Below are positions 37,030 to 49,800 of a stretch of 64,000 bases of DNA, piece by piece. A model generated the notes under the pieces. The model ran no database searches. It was not told where the DNA came from and worked only from the letters and a program-made list of their open reading frames with translations. The stretch comes from Raillietiella orientalis (taxonomy: Eukaryota), in NCBI GenBank assembly GCA_036172245.1, contig JAYWIR010000049.1:372001-436000 (forward strand), given 5' to 3'. The position numbers and the translations under genes were made by a program. The first letter of the stretch is position 1; each line of letters begins with the position of its first letter.

Positions 37030-38724
37030 TCTATCTTATCATTACTGATGGCTCTGCCTGATATTCCTATTTTTCATGTTGTTTCTCATCTGTTGCTCGG
37101 CTTACTACAGATTGACTGGAGAGGCATCCTGTCTCAGCCATGGGTTCACTCGCATCGTCCGTTAGGCGTCCCAGTCTGTGCATCTAGTAGAAGCCTCTGC
37201 TGGATCTTATGCAAGAATATGCGGCCAGTTTCCTTATCTTGCTTGCGATGCTTTTGTAGAATCTCAATGTTCTCAGCACGGCGTTGTTCTTGGGATCCCA
37301 GGATCCTAGTGCATCCTCGATGAAGAATTGCACCACGGCTGTTCTGCCTGCCTGGTTGATCTTTGTGGATAGGAAGTGCTTAGAATCCTGGTGCAGTCCA
37401 ACGCAGCGCATGCTTTTCCTTGATCTTCGTGATTTTCTATTAGAGAAAGCCATGTCCTCTCGCATTGGATTGAACGGACATCGACCGCGAACTTCTTTCT
37501 CATGAAGCTGTCCGGCATCAGTTCTTGTATCCTTATTTTGGGTTCACCTTCGTTGGACTCCCATATCGCCTCGGTGCGCCTGGAAGCTTTCTTGGCAACT
37601 GCTCATAGACTGTTAATGTCGCTGCTGCTTCTTGCAAACTTCCCATTGCACTCCCCAGATAGAAATCTGCCATCTCCTCGTCCCTGAGTGAATGGAGCAT
37701 TTTCTTTGATATTACTTCACGAAGAGAACTTTTGGCGAGTTTCTTTATTATGTTGTCTGGAGAGGTTAAAAGTTTGAAACCGCTATCCATGTTGAAGGTA
37801 TCGGCTTCATCGGATTAGCCTCATTAGCCCAAGAGAGCTCTTCTTTCTGTCACCGTATATATATTCGTTTGAGGCAGTTGCAGGAAGATGAAGAATTTCC
37901 TTCACTAGCCGTCTAATCTTGATGTCCAGAAACTTCCAGTCAGGTTTTGGATGCGCCCCTAGCCTCTCAGAATGGATGAGGCTAGAGAAAAAGAATGCCT
38001 TTAGCTCATCCAACTTCTGCCAAGGTGACAGTCCAGATGACGAAATTTCTTCCGCTTTTCTGAAGATGTCTTCCTTTATGGGTTACTTATTGAGAATTTC
38101 CATTCCAAACGGTTTCCGAGGTATCTATATGTTTCGGAAAGTTCAGTGTCTGAAATAAGGCCATCATTGATCCAGAACTCGAGGTGTTTCAAACCTTTTG
38201 GAGTTTTCCCTCCTTACAATACAGTTGCGCACGTTGAGGGGTTGATGGTGAGTTCTTTCCAATGAAGATTTCAGATGACATGTCCGTTTCCTCAGCTCCT
38301 CTTCGGTATCTGCGAGGATCACCAGGTCGTCACCATATGCCAGTTTTCCATATGACTCCTTCAATGTTCGTCTGATTACTGGTTCTATGGCCTATATAAA
38401 CACTAATGGACTCAACGGGCATCCTTGTTTTACTCTTCGCCGTAGTTTCAATCGTCTCGTGACTCCAGACTCCACTTGGATGAATTTCGAGCTGTCTTTA
38501 TATATTTCCTTTATGACCTTGACGAACCCATCTCCTGCTCCCGTTTCTTGGAGAGTTCCCAGCAGAAACTCATGATAGATGCTTCCAAACGGGTTCTTCA
38601 GATCTACAAAGACCTGTGATAGGTCTTTGGAGCATCTTCTCGAGTGGTCCAGACGCATTTGTAGGATGCAGTTTTGATCCGAAACTCCATCAAAGGGCAT
38701 GAAGCCTTTCTGTTGAGGGCTCAC
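37030..38724 (-). mobile_element. 5'-truncated, internally deleted Utopia/NeSL-like RLE non-LTR retrotransposon (RT pseudogene)
   Basis: SPQQKGFMPFDG, DLKNPFGSI, KQGCPLSPLVF, LAYGDDLVIL, PWQKLDELKAFFFSSL, LHLPATASNEYIYG, DSGFKLLTSPD, DQGKSM..SKHFL, ALGSWDPKN; several frameshifts. Confidence 0.93.
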
Positions 38725-38900
38725 TTTAACTCACTTATAACCTCACTTTGCACACCCAACCTGACCTAATGTAACCTCACCCCAACTAGCCAACATCACC
38801 TAGTCTACCTAACTAAACAGAACCTAACCTCACCAACCTAATTTAAACTAGCCTATCCTATTCTCTACCTCCCACTCTCTAACCCTACCTACCTAACATC
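38725..38900. repeat. Degenerate (CCTAA)n/(TTAGG)n telomere-type tract, right flank
   Basis: aacctgacctaatgtaacctcacc, tacctaactaa, aacctaacctcaccaacctaa, ctacctacctaac. Confidence 0.8.
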
Positions 38901-39277
38901 TACTTCACATTCACATTCGACCCAGGGCACTGGTTGGTTGACATGAACACTGATCGATCCCTCACCATCGCCCATGGATGTGTGATCAGTGCACCAAACT
39001 GATCAGCCCAAAGCAGCAGCCCTATTGCATCCTGAAGCAGTGTCGAGTAAGACTGAGAACCGACGGCTGCCTGCCATTTCAGAGCAGCACCAGAAGGGAT
39101 AGCGAAATATAGTGGCAGAACCATCTTTCTGAATGGTCGCAATAAACGACTGTACAGTAGGATTCCGAGGAACAAAGGATGCTTTGGGCGTTATGCAGCC
39201 CTGTGAGTCGTGCATGAATAATATGATAGCATTCATAGGAGATACAGTGCGTTATTAAACGTTATAACAGTGGAATA

Positions 39278-39616
39278 CAGTGGCACCTTGGCACTCGTCG
39301 GTAATTCGTTCTGGAACTCGTGACGAGCGCCGAAACCGACGAGTACCCAACGAATTTTAATTTAATTATTATAGGACTCATGATTAAAGTATAAAAATGC
39401 ATAGAAAGTACACAAAAAGGGAATGATTCGGGGGGCATTCTATGGAAGTGTTCGGCACGGTTCACGAGCTACCACGAGGCGAAAGCGTTCACTTGTTTCA
39501 TCATGAGAGTGGGGTGTCGAACATCCGTCGAGTGTCGGAACATTTTTTTCTCGTCTAGATGAGACGAGTACTGAGTTTGACGAGTTCCCACGCCTTTGAG
39601 TGCCGAGGTACGGCTG
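39278..39616. mobile_element. pogo/Tigger-type MITE, copy 2
   Basis: ta-cagtggcaccttggcactcgtcgg ... gagtgccgaggtacggctg; internal homology to 17134-17490. Confidence 0.8.
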
Positions 39617-39899
39617 CAATTATTTCACTTTGAAACAAAAGGAAAAAAGCATGAAGAGTGTTTATTTATTGCTTGACCTGGAGGATCAAGTGCTTTCAGA
39701 GTTTTCCTTGGTATTCGATCAATTTGAAGAACTCCATAGTTTCCTCTCCTTCACCCACGTTGCCGAAACGCGTGGGTGGAGGACCGTCGCACTATTTGTT
39801 CACGGGAATCTGAATCGCATTCAACCTACTAAAATCACGTGTTCGTGCTCCTTTCGAAAACATCTGAAACTGGCAATTCATCACGAAATAACGATTCAC

Positions 39900-40290
39900 C
39901 CATAGCGTCGGTACGACGCACATTCACTGAGTTGTACGAGCAAGGTCGCCCCGTTTCCTTTTTCGCCGCGATCATGCGAATCCGCGCTATACGGAAGACC
40001 ACGCATTATTCGATGGCGCAACCCGATCGCAACTTTCCCTGATGGGGAGCACAGTGAGATCGTGGCCGCGGGCGAGCGTGCAAACGGCTCACAAATGGCA
40101 TCCCTGGAGCTCTCCCGCTCAGACAGCAAAGTGGCGTGCCGACCGAGTCGCGGGGTGTTCATCGCACAAATCTTCCGCGAGATGGCGCGTGCTCAGAAGT
40201 CAGCTCTTTCAATCACCTCGACCGAGAACACGAACGACAAAGGGTCCAGGATGTGCATCGAGAGTGCTCTGAATCCAGCCGAGGGATTCT
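39900..40290 (-). mobile_element. RT motif 4-5 relic
   Basis: ILDPLSFVFSVEVIERA (GDPLSPxLF), ATLLSE. Confidence 0.4.
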
Positions 40291-40309
40291 CTGGATGAAA
40301 GCGAAATCC

Positions 40310-40760
40310 GAGGTATCACCCCATCCCAGGTATCCTATCGAATCGTAGACGGTCGAGCCGGAGTGGAAGATGTGCCCTCGAAGGACAGCAGAGACTCCGA
40401 ATCTGGGAACGAAGAGTCTCCCTCTTTCACAACCGCAGGGGAGGAATGCGAAAACGGACCGGCTCCTTGATTTCTGCAAGGACCCCGGAGGGTCGATTTT
40501 CAATCCCGGCCAGTCAACGGGGTAACCGATTCCACAACCAGTGGCGCATCCAATGACAAGTTAGGCCAACCAGCGTCATCTCTCGGCAAGACTCGAAACT
40601 GACGACGCACCCATTTTTCTGGAGTCGATCCCTCCACGTGGGGATTCGAACCCACAACGCTTGAGGTGCCACACCCAGAGAAGCCGCAGACGCATAACCG
40701 CTAATGTGGGCGTACATAGATGGCTTTGAGAGAGTGCCACCGGGCGAAGCATGGAGGACA
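40310..40760 (+). mobile_element. Family A copy
   Basis: ggaccccggagggtc, aggccaaccagcgtcat, cacccatttttctggagtcgatc shared with 3830-4000 and 14860-15050. Confidence 0.65.
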
Positions 40761-42999
40761 AGCCTTCCGTTCTTCGGGCACACCTCGTTCCGGTTGCATC
40801 AAAAAACCGCGGAGGAGTGCAGGATCGTGAAGGTCCAAACTGAGGGTCCGAACTCCGGGAGATGGGGCCGCAAGCAGGTGAGGGATTCGAGTGCTAAGAG
40901 CCGGGTCAAGTCGGCCCTGAAAAAAAGAAAATGTCTTTGCAAGCCAGAAGCCCGTCCTCGGGCCCTTGGAGAAACGAAACCTCCTGCCTATCTTGCTCGT
41001 ACTCATGCACTCTCTTCGGCACCAATCAGAACCCGTTCCAGCGTTGTTCACGTGGGCGTAGTGGTGATGGTAAGGAAGGAGGGATCATGCAAAGGGGGTG
41101 GTAGGAACCTTCGCGATCGAGCAGCTGCTTCGGGTTGGTGCCAAACGAAACTGGGGAGACTCCGGCAGCCCTGCCGTCGACGTGTTCCTCCCGCCGAATC
41201 GACTTCCTCTGTTCCCCCTGCCCACCCCGGAAGCGAAGTCAGAGTCCCTCCAGCTGACCGCTCTGAGAAAGAGCAGGAACAAGTCAGCCTTAAGAAGCGC
41301 GTGGTCGTTTCTATGGAAGCATCGAGCAAGCGACACTCGGACCGAATCTGACTAGGGATCCGGTGGACAGCAGTTTCAGGTGCCTCTATGTGTGTCTGAA
41401 TTGTGGCTCTGAATTAAAGAAGAATAAAAGAATAAAAAGAGCCGCAAACCGTGGGTCATTTGCGCCTCCGGCAATGCCCTGCCTCCGTGCTCCTCCTTTG
41501 ATGCAGCTCCAGGGGTAAACCCACCCCTGTCGCACGAAGGACGTAGGAGCCGCGAACTTCTTGCAGGGTCCAGGAGCTGTCCGTTTCTCTCGAGCTCGCT
41601 CGAGAAACCGACTGCAGCAAGCTGTTCGGGAGCTCATCGTCGGATGGAACTGACTGCAAGGTGCCGATGGCTAACCCTCTGCTTTGCGGATGGGTTCGGC
41701 TGACAGCGGCGCCCCCAACTCGTGGTCTTGCAATGTTCAATCCGGTGGAGAAACACCGTGCCAGCAACTCATTTTTTCCGTCGCTAGGAGACTCAAGCCA
41801 CGAATTGGAAAATATTCGTTCCGAGTTTCCGAGGGAAAGCAGCACCCATTTTGTAATGCATGAACGTAGGAGGATGCATCTCTTCATCGCTTCCCTCGTT
41901 CGGATCTGAAAAAGTTTTGATGATCATTGGATTCCGCTCGAAGATGATAAGGCCAGCTAGAGCTTTCGGATCAGCTATGTTGCAGCAGACTGGAGATTGC
42001 GGGTTCTCCATCAGACCACAGAGAGCTCGGCCAACAGACCAAGACCTCCACGAAATTACTTTGGATGCACTTTCTCATTTCTCATTCATACTCCAGCTAA
42101 ATGGTACATCACGGTCGATGCTGTCTAGAACTTTTGAAGCATGAGCATAAAGAATAACTCTGCTTTGGCTCGTCCCTCGTGCTCTCAAAGGAAGGAATCC
42201 ATCTTTCACTGATGAGTTTTGATTTCCGAATGTAGTAGATGTATGGAACAGGAGGAAAAGGGGTTAAAAGAGGAGCTGCCCTGGTGGTGCGAATAGATTT
42301 CGTTCCCGAAGACAAGCCCTTTGCTTATATCCGATACTGATAAATAATCCCGGTGAGCAGAACCTCTGTGAAATGTTAAGCGTTGATGACCCGTGGATGA
42401 TACAAGCTCTTAGACGCCTCCGTTGTCAGAATGTTCCATGTTCTGCGGGCAGCGATTCCAATCCCGTGTGAAATCAGGGAAGGGAAGGAATCTCCTGAGG
42501 GCAGAAGATAAATTCCTGCTGCTAATTATTCTTGTATACGCTGATCGGAAGCGGGAATTCGGGTCGTACATAAGCTGCACCGTCCAAAGACTGATGTCAC
42601 GCGTCTGCACAAGGTACGTTTACTCCGATCACTCTGGATCGGATCACTCTGCTCGCGGGATGAAAGTTTCCAAGATGGATGTTGAATGTCTGTTCCAGTG
42701 AATTCGTAACAAGAAGGTCTGCTTTCTGGTTGGGTCTTTTTACACGTGTTCTTATCCTCTCCTCTGATGAGTTCAAGGTCAGTGGCAATGAAGCCGCTAC
42801 TCGATCGTAGCACCGAGTGCTAGCCCTCATTGCGACGTTCTTTCGGGGAAGTCCTGTGGATACTTAGTGGGAAAACCTGTTTTCGAGATGGAGCCTCGAT
42901 GCCAGTGGCGTTTTGTCTTTGGAGTCGTCACCTTGGCCACTTAGGCCGCGACCTCTGCTGACCCATCACCTTCGTGGGTGCTTGCGAATGAGCCACGCC

Positions 43000-43800
43000 A
43001 GTATGATCTTGTATCTAGTTCCTCGAACGATTGGTGAGTTTTCCAAGCTGCTCTTCATATCTGCTCTTCCCCCCGGTTGCACTAGAATCCTTAGTGCAGA
43101 AACAGCAGACATCCTGTTTTCACCGTAGCAGGAACACGGAGGTGTCCATACACAGGAAAAGGACCACGAGTTCTTTGGGGGCACATCGAGCAGGTCACTC
43201 CACCAAAACAGTTCCTTTGCCCAGAAACGAGGAGAGGCGGAGTCCACCAGCTCGGTCGTTCCGCAGCCGTCGAGGGGTTTCTCGACTACTGCCATTTTGC
43301 AGGTCAACTTCCAACCCGCCGGTTGGCTGCTGTCATTTCCTGCCCTGAGGGCAGACAATGCTGAGGCAAGGCGTGTGACGGCTATCACTGCGTCCAAATC
43401 TGCAGGAGATCTCCCAGCAGTTTGCGTATCAGACCTTGGGCGGGAGCCAGATCTCCTCTGGACTCACTTCCAAAGTGGCAGCCCAAGACTCCGGAATCTC
43501 CTGCAGCCTGGTATTCCAGCTTATGAGGCGTATGGAGATCTGCGGATGGGCTAACAGTAATGAGGACACATGCTTAAGGGGGTATCCGAATCCAGTCATC
43601 CAGTGTAGGTTGAGCGGCAGTAGCGAAAGAAGTCCTGAGCTGCCAACGCATCGTTGTGAGCATGTGACGTGCCGGAGCACACCGATGGGAGGAGCACAAT
43701 TGATCACGCGGAGAGAGAAACCGGATCACCTGCAGTCCTATCTTGTCGATGGTCAGGTTGATTCAAGACAGCGTCCTGGTGCGGCGCCACCAAGTCTTTC
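43000..43800 (+). mobile_element. Family B RT 4-7/thumb relic
   Basis: AVEGFLDYCHFAG; DNA homology with 18200-19000 (rc), 31950-32500 and 56300-56600 (rc). Confidence 0.65.
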
Positions 43801-46299
43801 AGTCGGATTTGAGTAGGATGAAACACAGAGAAGATAAAGCACCGGATGGTGGTTTCGTTCATCCGGTACTCCAGGTACATCTACGCATCATGCATCACGG
43901 GCGGAACAACACAAGAGACCGAAAGCCAGATACAGCCGGATAACGCTAGCGGTCGGCTCCTGCTAGATGGAGGGCAAGACTCTGAGGAAGCAACAGAATG
44001 AGGGACAACGAGAACCCCAGATGGACAGATAAGGACGTCAGATGGGTTTGGGCTGAGCTGTCTCACATTCTCTAACGATTGGTGCAGTAGAGTTTTCCGT
44101 CCCCAAGTAAACGTTTCAGGTTAGGACGCTCTCCTCAGAATGACGACTTCTTATTAAAAAAAAAGATTTAAAACTATGCGCATCACGTTCCTTGTTGTTG
44201 TTGCTCCAAAAGCAAAAACGCAAACACACAAAAGATAATGTCATGATCTTGCTCGACCAGTGTGATCATATGCATTTCGTTTTACTCGTTCTGAAAAGAA
44301 GCGTGCAGCACCGCTTGCTTGGAAGCTCAAGGTATCGGAACTCATCTGGGATGGATAGGAAGTGTTCTGCACGGGAATTCAGATGCCCTGCCTTTCCTTG
44401 GCATCCAATTCATATGTGCGTCCATAAAAGAAATTAAATCTTGGAACCTCCGACTTCATGCTGCTGTATCTTAATGAGCATAAGCTCGCAGTATGCTCCC
44501 ATGCTCTTGGCACCTTAATCTGGGGAGTTACTCTGCATCACGCACTGCCCTTCTTCCTCTCTGTAGGGCAACTGAGTTTCGATCTGTTTGGGAATGCAAG
44601 ACTATGTATGCATGTGCAAGTCTCCCCCATGGAAGGCAAGCTACATGAAAACCCATTTTGTCCGTTAATCTCTAAGAGGCGCTGTGATGCTACTTGGGAA
44701 TGCTGAACGAACTCAGACTTGTAAAGAAAAAAAAGAAGAAGAAAACGGAGAAGAGAGGAAACAAGAAAAGAAAAAAAAACTTCAGATTTCAAATTGAACT
44801 TGAGCTGTGCGGAAAATGAGGCCCATAATGAGTTGCATTTTGAAACGGTAGGGACCTTTTTGCGATCGTTAGAAATGGACACTTTTCAAACGCTAAGAGC
44901 AACTTTTCTACGAACACTTTTTCTGCCTTCAATGGAAATTCGCAGATAGTGGTGCTGACTCAAGAATACCTGGCAACTGAATACAACCAAAAGAACTCCT
45001 TCCTCGAACGATGGACTGATGTTCGAAACATCCAATGAAAGGTTCTCACTGCTGGACTCCTTTCACGATGCTTTTAGCTGATTCCCTAAGGAGGAACGAT
45101 TGCTAAGGAGCGGACTTTCATTTCACAAATCAGGTAGAGGACAATCTACAGATGACCACGAGCACTGTATAGAAGAATTTTGAATCCTTAATGCTGGAGG
45201 TGCATAGGAAGCATCTGAGGGAGGGACGCCAGTGATTCCTAGCTGACTAAAAAGATTCGGTTTGCTCTCAAACGATGGCCGGTGATATCAAATGGGTACA
45301 TCAACTCATCGGATTCGTTGTAGAAATTGACCTTCTTGAGATGCACTGTGAAAAAAAAATGTTAGGAGCTGGCCTGAGAAGGATTCACCAGGAGTAGGGT
45401 GAATCGGGATTTTCTTTTCGTGAAACTCTTTCCCCGAGAAGTCCATCATCAGGATCCTGAAATTCCAAGAATGGTGAGCTTTGAATGACCGTGAAATTCC
45501 TCAAGTGCACGTAACCAAACTCTGCTAATTAAGTGAACCGAGATTCACATATGGCGGGGTGTTTACAGGAAGATAAAGACGGTGAAGATCACCTTCATAA
45601 CATCCTTGCCCCACTCGTAAGAGGTCATGCTATCCTTTCTATTAATCCTTCCTCTACATCCGCATTAGCTAATGCCAGTTCCACAGGACCGCCGATGTTC
45701 TGGAAGCTTTCTTCGACTAAAGGGTGAAAGTTCCATCGAGAAGACGAGGCAGGTGAATCTTCTGTGCATCAGAAGACCCTTCGAACAAAGGTGTTGCATC
45801 TGCACTATCTCCGCCATTCTCCTGCATCGCTCTCATGAGTCGGTGAATCATCTCCAAAAGTGCTGCATCTACATCTGCAACAGTTGCTGCCAGTTCTTCT
45901 TGGATATCCATCTTCAGGAGGACTTGTCCATCGAATGGATGCGTCCCTTCATATTGGGTATCTCGCCTAGAGGGAGTATCTCTAGACGGCGATGTTTCTG
46001 CTGTTTTTGGCAGAGGAATCGATGGAGCACGCCGTCTCGAAAGGCACGGAGAAAGGGTGACCGAATGGCACAAGAAATTCAGAAAAGGCGGAAGACGGGA
46101 GCCGACACTTTGGTATGCCTCACCACCTTCAATTGCCGCGCATCTTCTCGTTCCTTCCCTATGACGTCATGTCATCATTTCCGAAGGTCTCACGCCCACA
46201 TGCGTACCGGTTGGCGCCTGTTCTTCTTGGGATTCGATGTTCTGGAAGCTTCCTTCATCGGGAAGATATCCCGACCTATGGGTCCCTCTTGCATTCACA

Positions 46300-46830
46300 T
46301 GAGGTGTCAGGATTCATTTATAGGTATCTCCTTTTTTCGAGGTATGACCGCAGTATAAGACCCTACCAGGACTCGGAAGGTCCACTTGACACTCTTCGTT
46401 GACAGGAAGACGCCGACGTCGTCGTATGCGAGCTCTTTCCCTTCTCGAGCACCTCTGAATGAGTCGGCAGTTCTCTGGAAGGGCAGACAACGTCCGAGAC
46501 GATCATTCTTTCCCCTTTGTCCAGCACCGGTTCCGGGCGAAGAATGGGCTCACTGCAGGCAACCACTCCGCAGCTCACTTCGATTGACGCCCTCAATCGG
46601 AAAAGGAACAGCGCTTCGCGCCGCCGCCGAATGTACTGGAGAGAGCGACAAAAGAGCAGCGCCTCGTCCCAGATTGGACGTCTTCTGCAGCTGCCATCTT
46701 GTTTGCGTATCACGCCATCCCCCCGATATGGAGGACGTTAAACCTGGCAGCATGGATAAATTTGTCATCGAAAAGCGGAATCTCCAGCACAGTAAATCCG
46801 GGACACCTTGGGCATCTACCAGACGCACTG
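46300..46830 (-). mobile_element. Utopia/NeSL-like CCHC + RLE relic
   Basis: DDKFIHAARFNVL (DWRFIHRARLN), CRRRPIWDE, LRPEPVLDKGERMIVSDVVCP (RPDLV..DVxCPFE). Confidence 0.8.
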
Positions 46831-49800
46831 TTCAGGACACCCTCAGAACGAGCACCGAGCTACGTATTGGAGTATGCAGAAGACTAACAGCCTGTGGGCG
46901 AGCACGACGTCGAAAGGTGGCCTTGATAAAACGACGGCAAGCCCTGGCATCGGGAAAAAAGGTGTAGGTTCGAACTCTGGAGGTGAACTCTTCCTTACTT
47001 CAGCAAGTAACCATCTCTCACTCTTGAATCATGTCGCGCACCTAGCATCTGCAAGCAAAAATGAAACCAGGAGGAAGCAGAAAAAACGGCTGATGTTAAG
47101 GAAACTCGCTGTTTCTTCCATCTCCCTTCACACGATTTCAAACCTTTAAAGAACAAAGCAAATAAAGGAGGACACGGAGTCTACTTTCAAGACGCGCCAC
47201 GACCGTCTGAGGAAGGCTCAACATCGTGAGTCCACGAATACGAACAAGGATAGCAACGTGAGCGCACAAAAGGTGCGAGAGTGGGAGGAGCATCAGGAAA
47301 AATGGTACCCCGTCCAGAAGGGAACGCTTTTGTTCGGAGGGAAACTTTGAATTCTTCTTTTATCTCTTGATTCCCAGTTCCCCTGCGAAGTATTCCGTAA
47401 CCTATTTTCACGGCTCATGGGACATTTCCGATGCTAATTAGATTCCATTCTTCTTGGCATCCGCAACCCCGACTCCGGGAGAAGAGACATGCATCTCTTC
47501 GCGTACTCCAAATCGCTGATAAAAAGCAGGCGAAGTATGCCATTTCGGATTGCGTTCCTTTTCGTGGCTGACCATGCGAGTTCAACACGACGTTTGTTCT
47601 CCTAGAGCTAGAGATCCACACCCCCTCATCAGTTTGGGGACTTGAGAAAGCATCTCCAAAAACGAACTTTTTCTTAGACGTGAAGATGGAAAAAAAAAAA
47701 AAATTTCGGCCGACTTCAATTACGTGCTCGTATCCTCTTTGGGAAGCAGCCGAACCGACGCCGTACCACAAGCTTCAAATTTATCCCTTTCGCCCGGGAC
47801 TCTTTTATTTTGGGCACGTTATACGAATCCGCGTTGGACGGGGGTCTGCCCATAGTTTCAATGGAATCTCCTAATGAGGACGAATTTAAACGCTGCTCCG
47901 GTTGAGAATCACGGTGGTTTATAGGCACTTTTTAGGAGTGGATCCAACAGACTCTCCATCTAATGTCGGAACTGAGAGAAAATCCCATTCACTCACTGAT
48001 CCTACCCTTCTCGATTCAAATTGACCACCCATCAGACAAATCATACCTCTGTTCTTTTCCTCCTTCGCACTCGTCCCACGCTTCAATCTATCCTGGACGC
48101 AGTAAGTCACATAGGATATGGATTTTCGAAATCAAAAATCAATAAGGTCAATTCCTCCCCTTATTCCTTCTTTCTACACAACATCACGGCTCGTGCAACA
48201 AGGAAAGCCTTCGTACACCTCACCTAGCAACGGATCGGAACCACCAATGAGACAACTACCTAGCAGCTGGTCTTGAATAAACAAGGAACCCATACTCCAA
48301 TGAGAACGAGAAAGCAGTTGGAATGCACCCGTGTTCTACATCATGTCGCTAAGCCAACCCAAACTCATTCTCTGAGAAATCGTGAGGCAAAAACCCGTTG
48401 GTCTCTTTTACTTCCAAAACCCATTGATTTACATCACCATGCTCTGAAAAACTCCGAACTTCTCCTTATCCTCATCACCAGCCCGAATTCATATCCCTAT
48501 ACATATGAACATGCAAAGCGCTCGGAAGAGCAGGTCTTTTCTGAACCTGCTGACGGTCACGAAGCCCCACCCTCATGTTCTAGCAGTGGACCTTAGTTCT
48601 GCATGGCGAACTCAAAGAATGCTGGTGCTGAGACTCAAAGAATCTCGAGGTGCAATAAAAGAACCTCGTGATGGTGGAGACCCAAGAAAATTCCTCCTTA
48701 AGAATGGATGGAGGAGGACTTTCACAAGAACGAGCCTTTTCTGAAAACTGCTTCCGTGCTCTAAAAGCTGGATGGAAGGAGTAATTGCTCCTATGGAATC
48801 TGAGTGGACAATTTCAGATCACGGAAAACCATCCAAACGGGTTTCATAGATGAATCGCAGAGCAATACAAAGAATTTCCCCCCCCCTGCTTTCACCTACC
48901 ACAAACACATAAGCACACGTATGCGTTGATAGATAGCTGGATATATGGATAGATAGATGTGTAAGTGAGGCATAGATTGGGCGCACCTATGAAATAACGA
49001 GACGAGTGTTGCGTTGGCAACAGACCTGGTAACCGCTACGTTGAGACCAGGTGCACTGTTTGAAAAGAAAATGCCTGGTCGAAGGCAAGGCGAAAATTTA
49101 CCTTTTGTCGACTTCTTTCAAAGTCCATCTTATTGATCAAGTGGGTTTGCTCGTTTGTGAAGCTCCAGTGCTTTAGCATATTCAGAAATCATGTGTCTGG
49201 AAGCATCTAAATGTTTTCTTCCCTTTTAAAAATGAGAAGACCAGAAGTACTATGATACTGTACCTTCTTTTTTTTTTGGCTATCTACGTTTTCTTTCTTG
49301 CCTTATTTGAGGCTGATTCTGTGAGTTTCTCATCCAGTAATTTCTATCTCAATTCTATTTCTACATTCCTTTTTTTTTTTGTTACTGTCTATCCATTTCT
49401 TATGTAGTGGGTGCTGATATCAATGAAAATTTGAAGCAGGAGAGAGAGAGGTTTCGAAAGAGATGCATGTTACACCCTGGCTTTGTATTTTCTCTTTTGG
49501 GAAATGCTGAAACGGTCACTCAGAATCTCGCAGTTTATTAATAGCATGCTTTTCACAAGAGCTACTGAGTTCCACGAGCTTTAAAGTCAAGCATTTTCAA
49601 TGCGGGTGCATTGAGCTCATCTCAGCGATGCTCTGCTGCGAGGTTAATAAAGATTTAAGTGAATTTAATTTTGGCCGAGACGAATACAAAGTCGACTCTG
49701 TGCTTTGCAATCGAAATGTCTTGGATCCCAGTGTCAAGCACGGGCATGACCCCAGTAGCTTGGTAGTTGCGTGTTTGCTGCCATGCGTCGTGGAAGTTTC

